Source: a virus
Taxonomy: Duplodnaviria > Caudoviricetes
IMG/VR virus record: IMGVR_UViG_3300037307_000569
Coordinates: 1-48,055 of that record
Direction: 5' to 3' (one strand)
DNA length: 48,055 nucleotides
Part shown: piece after piece, positions 1 through 8,928 of the stretch
How positions within the stretch are numbered: position 1 is the stretch's first letter
How the letters are laid out: every line of letters begins with the position of its first letter
Position numbers and translations under genes: made by a program
Notes under the pieces: model-generated
The model's input: only the letters and a program-made list of their open reading frames with translations
The model's database searches: none
What the model was told of the DNA's origin: nothing

Positions 1-501
1 GAACTTTCCACGGGTAACGGAAACTTTGTTACAGCATTGCGCCCAGGAGATATTATCTTGTCGTTGAGCGATCCTGCGGTTTTGACCCGCACGACAGATT
101 CCGCAGGTTTTACTTCTGCGCACGTCCAAAGCGTCAATTTTGCGATTCCGTTGGCCAGAACAACCTTGAATCGTTTGGGCAACAACTTTGGTTTTGCCAA
201 GGAAGTTGACTTTCCGATCAATGTCACCTTCAACGTAAGCGCGTTGCTGGCAGACTTGAAGTCGGGTAACGTTTACAATCAACTGCAAACCCCATCTTTC
301 AAAGACGTTACTATCGAATTCTTCAGAACTGGTGTCCAGCAAATCGGCTTCACGTTAAAAAATGTCAAAATCGACAGCGAAACCTTTGCTTCTAGCATCG
401 GCAATAACCAGACTGTTGACATGGCCTTTACGGCGACTGTTGGCGGTGCAACCGACACCACAAATGGGGTCTTCTGCTCAGGGCTAAGAAGGGGTTTTTA
501 A
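1..501 (+). CDS. Probable tail tube / structural protein (5'-truncated by window edge)
   Basis: Frame is open from base 1. Beta-rich sequence (HVQSVNFAIPLARTTLNRLG...FASSIGNNQTVDMAF) resembles phage tail tube proteins. Terminator follows. Confidence 0.5.
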   Translation, partial: ELSTGNGNFVTALRPGDIILSLSDPAVLTRTTDSAGFTSAHVQSVNFAIPLARTTLNRLGNNFGFAKEVDFPINVTFNVSALLADLKSGNVYNQLQTPSFKDVTIEFFRTGVQQIGFTLKNVKIDSETFASSIGNNQTVDMAFTATVGGATDTTNGVFCSGLRRGF

Positions 502-583
502 TGCGCCCGTTTGAACTCTATGGCGGTCAAGTGTAAACGAACCCGCCATAACCTCCGAACGGGAAAACAAAATCAAATATCAC

Positions 584-616
584 AGAAAGCCCGAAAATTT
601 CGGGCTTTCTTTCTTT
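584..616 (+). terminator. Intrinsic terminator
   Basis: AGAAAGCCCGAAA-A-TTTCGGGCTTTCT inverted repeat followed by a T-rich tail. Confidence 0.8.
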
Positions 617-636
617 AACTCGGTGTAAACAACAAC

Positions 637-939
637 ATGGATAAGGCTTTTGAAATTCTTGCTTTAAGCATCCCAGATTATTGGGTGAAAGCTCTTGTGA
701 TTTTAGTCTTTGTTGGAGTCGCTATTTTTTTCTATAGGAAACATAATAAGCCTGATTATCCTCCACCGATAACCGAACCAACCGAACCCCCGTTATCAAC
801 GGAGCCACCACCTGTTACTACTTGGCCGCCACCATCAGTAACCGAGCCGCCTTACCCAACAACTCCACCACCCCCCTCACCAACTTATCCTCCACCAGAG
901 ACAATAGAGCCTTTTGAGCTATGGGTAGGAGAAGTTTAA
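637..939 (+). CDS. Membrane-anchored Pro/Thr-rich protein
   Basis: N-terminal TM helix (ALVILVFVGVAIFFY), TEPP/PPP repeats, GTGTAA 8 nt upstream of ATG. Confidence 0.7.
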   Translation: MDKAFEILALSIPDYWVKALVILVFVGVAIFFYRKHNKPDYPPPITEPTEPPLSTEPPPVTTWPPPSVTEPPYPTTPPPPSPTYPPPETIEPFELWVGEV

Positions 940-955
940 CCCAAACTTAATAAAA

Positions 956-1711
956 ATGAACATAACACTAACGACAGAGACTTTACAAACACTACACAGT
1001 AATTCCAGTGGATATGGTGTTGGACAGATGATACCCTTGGGTGCTATTAATAATATGGCAGCTTCCGATTCGACAATAACGTTTGACTTGCCAGCACTTT
1101 GGAGGGTTGCACACCCTGACTCTGTTGGCGATCTTGGTGTCATCAAAGGTATTTGGTTTAACTCTACGGCAACCAAGTGGGCAGACCCAGATTTGTCGTA
1201 TTCCTTTTTTACTGGGCTATATGACTCTGGATTCTTTGATTCTATTCACCCAGGAATAATGAACTTTGGAGATTTAGAGTATTTGGCTAATTCTGTAAAC
1301 TCGCACTTTTATTCTTGTGCAGCCTCTGGCTTGAGCTTTTTTGGAGCCCATATAGGAACCACGGGCATGCAATGGTATTTGAACTCTGGAAGCGTAATGG
1401 TGGGCATAAGTCGCGTGCTTCCACTTTCAGATTCAGCTTGGCCTACATATGCATCAACCCCACAGATTGATTTGTATTATCCAACAGGATCGACTCAGGA
1501 TGTTGTTGTTACCGACCCAGACCCTCCCCAAAACTTTCATGCTCAAGCGGGGGATGGTGATACAATTTATGCATCAATTAGGCATTTGTCTCCAACTTAC
1601 CCATATACAAAGTTAAGTGATACGACAATTTCCTTAAACCCAAGTTTTGCCTACGCAGAATCGAATAGGAGGCTCTTCGTCAACTTTACGTTTAACGAGT
1701 ATAACGAGTAA
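956..1711 (+). CDS. Hypothetical protein, possibly virion-associated
   Basis: 251-aa ORF with A-rich leader, ending at a bidirectional terminator. Confidence 0.7.
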   Translation: MNITLTTETLQTLHSNSSGYGVGQMIPLGAINNMAASDSTITFDLPALWRVAHPDSVGDLGVIKGIWFNSTATKWADPDLSYSFFTGLYDSGFFDSIHPGIMNFGDLEYLANSVNSHFYSCAASGLSFFGAHIGTTGMQWYLNSGSVMVGISRVLPLSDSAWPTYASTPQIDLYYPTGSTQDVVVTDPDPPQNFHAQAGDGDTIYASIRHLSPTYPYTKLSDTTISLNPSFAYAESNRRLFVNFTFNEYNE

Positions 1712-1730
1712 TCAAGACTAAAGATCAAAA

Positions 1731-1760
1731 GAGGAAGCCCGCCAGTTGGCGGGCTTCTTC
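1731..1760. terminator. Bidirectional terminator between convergent genes
   Basis: GAGGAAGCCCGCCA-GT-TGGCGGGCTTCTTC hairpin. Confidence 0.75.
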
Positions 1761-1762
1761 GT

Positions 1763-2260
1763 TTATAAGAATACGATTTCTTCCACTTCGTGGATTGTAT
1801 CTTCCGATTCGATTGGCTCGACTGGAACCAAAGGCGCGATAACTTGGAGTGGACGAACCTTCCAAAGCTTATATAAGGCGGCAAGTTCCGTAACCTTGTC
1901 TCCGTGTTCTTTGGAAATTCCGCGATATGTTTTGGCGACCTCGTTACGGTTCGTGCGCGTCACCACACTGTCCCCCTCGCGTATTGTAATGAAATCAGCG
2001 CCAATGGCCGAAGACACGTCATAAAGAGCTTTGCGTGCCATTAGGCCATTGTAATGCTCCAAATACATCTCTTGGAAGATGTTTTGGGCCATGGTATCAA
2101 ACTCTGGGCAACAACCAGTGAACTCTGCTGCTAGTAGGGTATTCAGCTTTCCCACATGCACTTCAAACCAATTGGCAACTTCGCCAGTTGAAGGCGTGCT
2201 TGTCATACCGTAAAATTCGGTATTCAATACGCCAGAAGCCATTGTCTCCCATATGTTCAT
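1763..2260 (-). CDS. Hypothetical protein (possible head completion/neck protein)
   Basis: 165-aa ORF at the end of the head gene cluster; function inferred from position only. Confidence 0.6.
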   Translation of the reverse strand: MNIWETMASGVLNTEFYGMTSTPSTGEVANWFEVHVGKLNTLLAAEFTGCCPEFDTMAQNIFQEMYLEHYNGLMARKALYDVSSAIGADFITIREGDSVVTRTNRNEVAKTYRGISKEHGDKVTELAALYKLWKVRPLQVIAPLVPVEPIESEDTIHEVEEIVFL

Positions 2261-2580
2261 TATGAATTTTCCAGAATTTCTTGAGCCATTGAGCTTTGGA
2301 CAACGATCATCTTTGCTTTATTGAACTTCTTGTATTCCGCCAAAATCCTGCGTTTGAGGTTAGGTAGGCTTCCGCTAGCCATCACCCCGATATCTATACA
2401 CATGGTTTTCAATTGGGTAATTGTCATGTTGTCTATCTTTTGTGCCAGTTCTGCTTCAGATCTTACTCCAAAGGGATTCCTGCGAGGAATCCCGACCAAA
2501 GATTCAAGGCGTTCTGCCTTCTCGACAAACTCCTTTCCAGTATCCATTCCTTTAAAATCTTGTAACTTTGTCTTTACCAT
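2260..2580 (-). CDS. Small basic protein with SAP-like helix-extension-helix motif
   Basis: MTITQLKTMCIDIGVMASGSLPNLKRRIL fits the SAP pattern; GTGTAA motif upstream (2605-2610). Confidence 0.6.
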   Translation of the reverse strand: MVKTKLQDFKGMDTGKEFVEKAERLESLVGIPRRNPFGVRSEAELAQKIDNMTITQLKTMCIDIGVMASGSLPNLKRRILAEYKKFNKAKMIVVQSSMAQEILENS

Positions 2581-2634
2581 TTCCTTACCTTTCCTTTGCG
2601 TTTTTTACACTTTTCAAAAGCTCCCGTGAACGCC

Positions 2635-2668
2635 AAAAGCCCAACAACCATTGCGGCTGTTGGGCTTG
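2635..2668 (-). terminator. Terminator after major capsid gene
   Basis: AAGCCCAACA...TGTTGGGCTT hairpin with T-run on the minus strand. Confidence 0.7.
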
Positions 2669-2689
2669 AGGGGAACGATTCCTGACTGC

Positions 2690-3793
2690 TTAGACAATCA
2701 TGCCTTGAGCCCAACGGGTATCGATCAGCATGCGACCTTCTTCCATTTGGCCGAAGTAACCGATCTTGCGTTGACGCCTGACATATTCATCTGTCGGTTG
2801 AAGATCCAGTGTTGATCCGAATTCGCTATCAACAGCAACGGCGCGTAAGAAGGAGTCCTTGGTGCGGTCGATGCCCAATAGGATTTCTTCGGAAGCTCCG
2901 CTGAATTGACCAGAACGCCCACCAGTGGCACAAATATAATCGGTGCTTCCAGCGGCAGTATCAAAGATTGTGTTGAAGCGTTTACCAACACCGAACTCCT
3001 TGACTTTCATGATGTTGACACCATAGAAGCTTGGGACACCAGCGGTGCGGTAGATTCCATCGCGGAACGCATCAGTTCCTGGGAGGTTGTTGCCATCAGT
3101 GCTAACAGCATTGAATGCCATTTCACGGATCTTGCCAACGATTTCTGGCGATACAAACAAATCGGTAATTCCACTGTCGGGACCGACTTGCGTTCCACCA
3201 ACCCACGAGGAGTTAATGCGATCACCGCGAACAAGCAATTTGTTCAAGTCATTCGGGACAAACGCGCCAGCGGTTTTTGAACGCAAGACGTGCGCCAAAC
3301 TGTTGGTAGAAGCAGTTGCCAATGGACCAAGAATGATATTAGCCGAACTGCGCTCCATTTGCAACAATAATTCTTGCGCAAGTTTGGTGAAGCTCTTGCT
3401 GATAACGTCAAGCCTGCTACGTGCCGCATGCTTGCGGTCAAAGCTGACTTCGGATTCCAGCACATAGGTTGTGAACTTCATTTCGGCGCTTGGAGGCGTC
3501 AAAAGTTGAGTTGGCAGACCTCCTGGGTTGTGCTGCGACCAAATACGGATGTAATCTTCATCCGAAATGTCGTAATACAGATCCAGCGGGATGGAAGGAT
3601 TGTCGTCAGCCAAGAACGTCAAGGTTGTTGCCAAATTTGACAGAACTGGGGCATTCGAAATAACCTCCGCGATGACGCCACCGATGAACTTTGCAAGAAG
3701 AAGCTGGGCATTGTAAGCCACGTTCTTATCCTTGGAGGCCATCGCCTTGATAAGTTCAACTTGGTCTTCGTTTCTCTTAAGGGTAATTTTCAT
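2690..3793 (-). CDS. Major capsid protein (HK97 fold, inferred)
   Basis: 367 aa, downstream of protease/scaffold and decoration genes. C-terminal IGYFGQMEEGRMLIDTRW is typical of MCPs. Strong terminator follows. Confidence 0.85.
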   Translation of the reverse strand: MKITLKRNEDQVELIKAMASKDKNVAYNAQLLLAKFIGGVIAEVISNAPVLSNLATTLTFLADDNPSIPLDLYYDISDEDYIRIWSQHNPGGLPTQLLTPPSAEMKFTTYVLESEVSFDRKHAARSRLDVISKSFTKLAQELLLQMERSSANIILGPLATASTNSLAHVLRSKTAGAFVPNDLNKLLVRGDRINSSWVGGTQVGPDSGITDLFVSPEIVGKIREMAFNAVSTDGNNLPGTDAFRDGIYRTAGVPSFYGVNIMKVKEFGVGKRFNTIFDTAAGSTDYICATGGRSGQFSGASEEILLGIDRTKDSFLRAVAVDSEFGSTLDLQPTDEYVRRQRKIGYFGQMEEGRMLIDTRWAQGMIV

Positions 3794-3820
3794 ATTGTTG
3801 TTTTGTATAAGGGGTTAAGG

Positions 3821-4438
3821 TTACAGGCCAAGTCCGACAACGGCGTAGTTTCCGTTGAACGCATCCGTAATTCCGTTTAGGGACGTGCGGGAACCAGTTC
3901 CCAAAACAAGGCCCAAACGTGCAGTATCGGTAACTGTGCATCCAGTGACCTTGCCAGAAGTCGCAGACAATTTAAATCCGTTACCAACTGTTAAGGTTCC
4001 ATCAAAAGCAGCACTCGACAGCGTTAGAACGCCACGGGTTGCGATAGGCACGGTTTGCCCTGGGGAAGCGACATACAACTGGTCTTTCTTGACCTTGTTG
4101 TAAATAAGCTTCTCGCCGTTTTCGTCATACATCGCGGTTTCCATAAGGGTGACACCCAAGCATCCCACGTCTCCGCTATATGCTGGCACCACGTTCAAAG
4201 GAGAAACGTTGTATTGGTTATGTCCTACCCAAGGGTAGTTTGTCTTGCCAAGGTGAGACCATGTAGTGAACTCGAAAGGATCTTTGTTCAGGTCGCCTGC
4301 GTTTACTTTAACGAAAACGCCGTCATCGCCATTACCGCTGTCGGTCGTGGCGTTGTTGCAATAGCCCGTCGAAAGGCAGTAAATGCCCAACACGTCGTAT
4401 TCGTCAACTTGTCTGAATGGTAGTAGTCTTTTAGCCAT
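3821..4438 (-). CDS. Capsid decoration / stabilising protein
   Basis: 205 aa, Gly-rich beta protein between scaffold and MCP. Confidence 0.6.
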   Translation of the reverse strand: MAKRLLPFRQVDEYDVLGIYCLSTGYCNNATTDSGNGDDGVFVKVNAGDLNKDPFEFTTWSHLGKTNYPWVGHNQYNVSPLNVVPAYSGDVGCLGVTLMETAMYDENGEKLIYNKVKKDQLYVASPGQTVPIATRGVLTLSSAAFDGTLTVGNGFKLSATSGKVTGCTVTDTARLGLVLGTGSRTSLNGITDAFNGNYAVVGLGL

Positions 4439-4465
4439 TTTGTTTATTAGTTAGAGTGATTAAAA

Positions 4466-6067
4466 TTATTTGGTTTCAACAAAGTTTTCCTTGTTTGTTT
4501 CGAAGGCTTTTTGGTATCTAGTAAATACGGTTTCAGCCTCGTCTGTTTGCACGTTATTCGGGACGGTGGCCGTAGTGTTGGTTTCTGCCTTGGCAAGTGC
4601 TGCTTTTACATCGGGCTCTTCTGTTGAAGCGGTCGAAACAGCCACTGTTTTGGACGCTTTCTTCAAACCTTCTTCCACAGCAAGTTTGATCTTTTCGTCT
4701 TGCTCTTTTTCCTTGGCTTCAACGGCAGCTTTAGTCTTTTCTCCCAGTAAAACCTTTAACTCGTTGAAGTAAGATGCAAATGTCTCGTCGGAATCAAGAG
4801 TTTTGACCTTGTTGCCAATAACTTGACGCTCGCTGTCGCCTAAGACAAACTCATCATCAATTTGCTGCATCCTGCTGTTAAAGGAAGCGAGCGCCTCTTG
4901 TTCTCTGGCTTTTTGATCCAGTTCGTCCAAACGCTTTTGGATTTCCGCGTTTGATGCTTTGGTTGCTTCAAGGTCAGCCTTGATCTGATCGCGCTCAGCA
5001 GCCAAATCAGCCTCTTTGTTTTTAGCGGCTTCAATCTCACGCTTGTATTCTTCATCACGCTCTTTAATCGCATTGGCGAATTGCTGAGTCATGGAAGCAA
5101 CCGTTTCCTTCGACAGCTTATTTTCTGCCAAAGAGGTTTCTATTTTAGCCAAAAATTGTTCAAGGTCCATAGTTTTACTGGTATCGTTTGTCGTGTTTAC
5201 AATAATCGTGTTTATTTGTGAAGTATTTTCATCGACAGGGGTTTTCGTGGAAGATATTTCTATTTTCCCGCCGTCTTCTTCGTTAGTTTCATCGTCGTCA
5301 TTCTCATCTTCATCTTCGTCCAGAAGTGCAAACAACCCTTTTACTTGCGCTGCTGGAGTCATGGTATATCCTATCCCTATCGGCAATACTGGAGGAAGAA
5401 CCAAAAGATGTGCTTTTGTGCCGTCTTTTAATACGCCAGCGCCCCCGTTCTTTTTCAAAAACGGCGACAATTCCTTGATCTGAACTGCATCAGTGATGAT
5501 TTCGCACTCTTTCAGCAAATCGCTTCCAAGGGCGATGGCGAAATTAGAGAAAAGCATCTCCCAACTCGCTGATACCACCCCAAAATACTGGCTGGAAGGA
5601 TCAACGCTTTCCTCGACCAAAGCGGCAAACTTTTTGTCAACCAGTTTATAAATCACGGATGCTAAGGACAAGTTAAACGGGTCTTCCAAAGCAAACGCCT
5701 CTTCTTCAGTTAGTAAAGCCGAGGATTCAAAAGCGCTAAATCCATAATTGACAGTATGACCTATTACACGCGAGCGGACGTGCTCGATATTATTTGGTTT
5801 TAGCTTGAAAAATGGTGCTGCTGCTATAAGGTCTTTCCCAGCTATACCTATCCCGTTTTTATTGAACGCATTCGGGACCGCAGCGTTATAAGCCACCGCA
5901 AGCAAATCTGGATTATAATCCAATTGCAACGCTTCTGTCGGAATCAAATCCTTCAAAAGGTCGAGAGCCGCTACCGAAAGGATATTCTGAGACGGATCGG
6001 AAAAGTTTTTGGCATACGCCACCTTCCCGTAGAAGATCTCCTTGAATTTAAAGTCTTCTGGCTTCAC
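4466..6067 (-). CDS. Prohead protease-scaffold fusion
   Basis: N-terminal protease-like region (NKNG, NIEH, SASWE), acidic linker, long C-terminal coiled coil; lies between portal and MCP. Confidence 0.75.
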   Translation of the reverse strand: MKPEDFKFKEIFYGKVAYAKNFSDPSQNILSVAALDLLKDLIPTEALQLDYNPDLLAVAYNAAVPNAFNKNGIGIAGKDLIAAAPFFKLKPNNIEHVRSRVIGHTVNYGFSAFESSALLTEEEAFALEDPFNLSLASVIYKLVDKKFAALVEESVDPSSQYFGVVSASWEMLFSNFAIALGSDLLKECEIITDAVQIKELSPFLKKNGGAGVLKDGTKAHLLVLPPVLPIGIGYTMTPAAQVKGLFALLDEDEDENDDDETNEEDGGKIEISSTKTPVDENTSQINTIIVNTTNDTSKTMDLEQFLAKIETSLAENKLSKETVASMTQQFANAIKERDEEYKREIEAAKNKEADLAAERDQIKADLEATKASNAEIQKRLDELDQKAREQEALASFNSRMQQIDDEFVLGDSERQVIGNKVKTLDSDETFASYFNELKVLLGEKTKAAVEAKEKEQDEKIKLAVEEGLKKASKTVAVSTASTEEPDVKAALAKAETNTTATVPNNVQTDEAETVFTRYQKAFETNKENFVETK

Positions 6068-6852
6068 GCGGCCAAAAGATCGCTTTGGCTCATGTCAAGC
6101 TCGGACATGACTCCATTTTGAACCACGACACGAGCCTTGTCTTTAAGGATGAGTTCTCCATCTTGCAATGCTGCAAATCCAGTTTGTGTCTTGCAAAACA
6201 CAGAAGCCCCCTTCCGAAATTCTTTGATATAAACACAGCTCCCATCAAATAGATAAAGAGGTTTGCAATATTCAAGGTTGGATAACTGTGATTTGCCCGT
6301 CACGCTAAGCTTTCCAGCTTCGTCGGATAGCCGTAACATCAATAGTTTTGCTTGTCTTGACCTTGGCTTGTCATCCAATTCCGCTGCATTTGACAGAATA
6401 AACTCCTTGTTTTCTCCAAATTCTTTAGCTAATGCGTTGACCCTGTTTTGGGTATGTTCTCCAGCAAACACAAGACCCAAGGCTACATATCTTTCAAGCA
6501 AAGGCGCGTCTTCGTCACTGGTTGCCTTGGAAATCTCAAAAACAACATCTCCCTTGTCATCTACGAAATGCTTGGAAACGTAACCGATTTTCGGCACAGA
6601 CAGCCCCTCTGGAATCTTTTCAGATGCAATGCTTTCTTCTTCTGTCTCCATGTCGCGTTTTCGTGCGGCCTCTTCCTCTTTATATCGACAGCTTTCAAAT
6701 GTCCATGCCAGTTGTGTATAAGCCCGTAAAAGGTCTTCGGTAGCCCAATTATCTTCTGGGACAAACTCTTCTTTTACCGAACCCAAAACCCCCATCAATT
6801 GCCCGATGGCATTAATGATTTCCTTGTTTGCTTTGCCTAAGAAATGCTTCAT
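6064..6852 (-). CDS. Hypothetical head-module protein
   Basis: 262-aa ORF; stop overlaps the protease start; GTGTAA 8 nt upstream. Confidence 0.65.
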   Translation of the reverse strand: MKHFLGKANKEIINAIGQLMGVLGSVKEEFVPEDNWATEDLLRAYTQLAWTFESCRYKEEEAARKRDMETEEESIASEKIPEGLSVPKIGYVSKHFVDDKGDVVFEISKATSDEDAPLLERYVALGLVFAGEHTQNRVNALAKEFGENKEFILSNAAELDDKPRSRQAKLLMLRLSDEAGKLSVTGKSQLSNLEYCKPLYLFDGSCVYIKEFRKGASVFCKTQTGFAALQDGELILKDKARVVVQNGVMSELDMSQSDLLAA

Positions 6853-6860
6853 GTCTGTGG

Positions 6861-8885
6861 TTACACGTTTTTATCGCATTGTGAAGCCGCAACCCATAGC
6901 ACAGCAGAGTCGCAGGGTAAATTTAACTCTTCTTGCGAAGCTATAACTTCAGCAAGCGGGTCGAGGGTGGCAATGGTCCCGTCCACTGCTTTTTTAGCTG
7001 TTGCCCTCCACTCGCCCATTGTTGCACTACCAGCAACAGCCCAAGCGAGTTTGGAGCAAATCTCGTCTTGTTCTTTTGAAAGCTTTTTGAGTTTCTTCTT
7101 GGCCATGGTTTCTGCCCTGATGAAAGACGCCAACGAGGCAATTTCTTTTGCGGCGACAACCACGGTTTCAAGCTTGACAGATGAAACTTGTAAATCACTT
7201 CCAAGTGTTTTTGTTTTGGTTCCGCCAGTTGGCCTTCCGCCCGATTTCGGGGTGGAATTGGCGCTTTGTTGTTGTGTCTTCAAAACCGCGTTTGGATCAA
7301 GTGGCGGCGGGATAAACGGAGTGCCGCCGACAATCGGGTTATAATAACCGTTCTTGCGATCAGCAATAAACTTCTCCTGAGCGTTATTGATTTGTTCTGG
7401 GGTTGGGAAGTCGCCTGTTTTGATTACTGTCATGGCATCTTCTGGGGTCAAAACGCCGAGTTCAACCATACGGGTGATAACCCTAAGCATAGTTGTTTCG
7501 TCATTCAGATCAAGATCCTTGAACTTTGCTTTGGTCTTGATCTTGAATCCAAGATCCTTCTCTATCCTTTGGATCTCTGGTTGCAAAAAGTCGCGCAAAA
7601 ACGCTTCGCGTGCGCTCCTTAGTCTTTCCAAAAACATGTCGGCCTTTAATGCCGTGCTGCTGTAATTTTCCTTGCCAAGAATGATGTTCTGCAAACCATC
7701 TTTGATGTCTTTGTCCAAGATTTCATATTTTTCTGGCCCCAAAACTTTCTTCAAGTCTGGAATGACGAATTCCGCCTTAGTAGTATAGTCCGAAACAAGG
7801 ACGCGCCCGCCAGCGGATTCTTGATAGAAGAGTTGCTGCATCGCGGCCAACAACCTTTGGTCAACACCACCATCATCAGGCTTTGCGCCCATGGTTATCA
7901 ACAAAACGGCGTTTTCGACTGATCTGGCGACAGCTTGATCGATCTTCTTCAGTTCCATTTTCGCATTTAAATCTTCCAACACCCTGTACGTAAACGGGAC
8001 CGCAAAAGGCTCGTAATCTTGCTTTTTACAAAAAGCCATTACCACATTGGTCACATCCAACGGAATGAAAATCCCGTCTTTCGAGAACTCTTTTTTAGTT
8101 ATTCTCGACCTTATGTCAGCAGGCAGGGATTCTAACACAAGCTGGTCGTTCCTGTTGACTGGCTTCCTGAGTCTTTCCAATTCAAAACTGGATAGCATCT
8201 TTCGATATGTTCCCTTGTCGAAAAACATGCCGTTTTCTGCGACAACTTGATTTGGATTCAACAAAACATATTTAACGGGGATCTTGTTGTTTTCGGAAGC
8301 AGACAAATTGGCTATCTGTTTAAAATCCTCAAGCGTGAATTTGCCGTCAACCCTATATAAGAAGATATTTCCGCTTCTAAAATACTCCCTGAAAAACTGC
8401 TCTTTCAAAGCAGCCATACCGATATATTCGAACCACTCTTCGAAAAATGTTTTGCTTTTCTTGCTGCCAGAGTCAAAGAAAAGTTCTGTATTGGCAAATT
8501 CCACCATCATTTCTATGGTGTTGAATATGATCGCGATTCCAAAATATGCCCTTTGACATAACTCTATAGCCGCCCGAACCTCCACACAATCATGGGAAGT
8601 TACAAATGGATAGCCTATGTCATAAATATGGCCGTATTTTTCAATAGCATACGGAGCAGTGGACCTGTCGCTTCTGTTCCTTGTTGAGTAGGTCGAATCG
8701 ATTGTCGGAGTTGTCGATGCCGCTGTGGTCGAAAAAATCGAATAACCCTCGCCGCATAACATCGGACCAACAAAGTCCTTGTTTATGTCTTTAATGTCAG
8801 ATATTCCAGCCAAATTCTGGAGTTGCTTCTTCTTGTCCCAATAAGACATTTTCCTTTTCACATAATGCCTTTTTTGCTGTTCCAT
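6861..8885 (-). CDS. Portal protein
   Basis: 674 aa directly after terminase; helical content with portal-like segments (FFREYFRSGNIFLY, KQDYEPFAVP, RVLVSDYTTKAEFV). Confidence 0.8.
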   Translation of the reverse strand: MEQQKRHYVKRKMSYWDKKKQLQNLAGISDIKDINKDFVGPMLCGEGYSIFSTTAASTTPTIDSTYSTRNRSDRSTAPYAIEKYGHIYDIGYPFVTSHDCVEVRAAIELCQRAYFGIAIIFNTIEMMVEFANTELFFDSGSKKSKTFFEEWFEYIGMAALKEQFFREYFRSGNIFLYRVDGKFTLEDFKQIANLSASENNKIPVKYVLLNPNQVVAENGMFFDKGTYRKMLSSFELERLRKPVNRNDQLVLESLPADIRSRITKKEFSKDGIFIPLDVTNVVMAFCKKQDYEPFAVPFTYRVLEDLNAKMELKKIDQAVARSVENAVLLITMGAKPDDGGVDQRLLAAMQQLFYQESAGGRVLVSDYTTKAEFVIPDLKKVLGPEKYEILDKDIKDGLQNIILGKENYSSTALKADMFLERLRSAREAFLRDFLQPEIQRIEKDLGFKIKTKAKFKDLDLNDETTMLRVITRMVELGVLTPEDAMTVIKTGDFPTPEQINNAQEKFIADRKNGYYNPIVGGTPFIPPPLDPNAVLKTQQQSANSTPKSGGRPTGGTKTKTLGSDLQVSSVKLETVVVAAKEIASLASFIRAETMAKKKLKKLSKEQDEICSKLAWAVAGSATMGEWRATAKKAVDGTIATLDPLAEVIASQEELNLPCDSAVLWVAASQCDKNV

Positions 8886-8928
8886 ACCAAAGATTACATC
8901 GAAGTGACTTTAAAGTGAACTTTCCACT

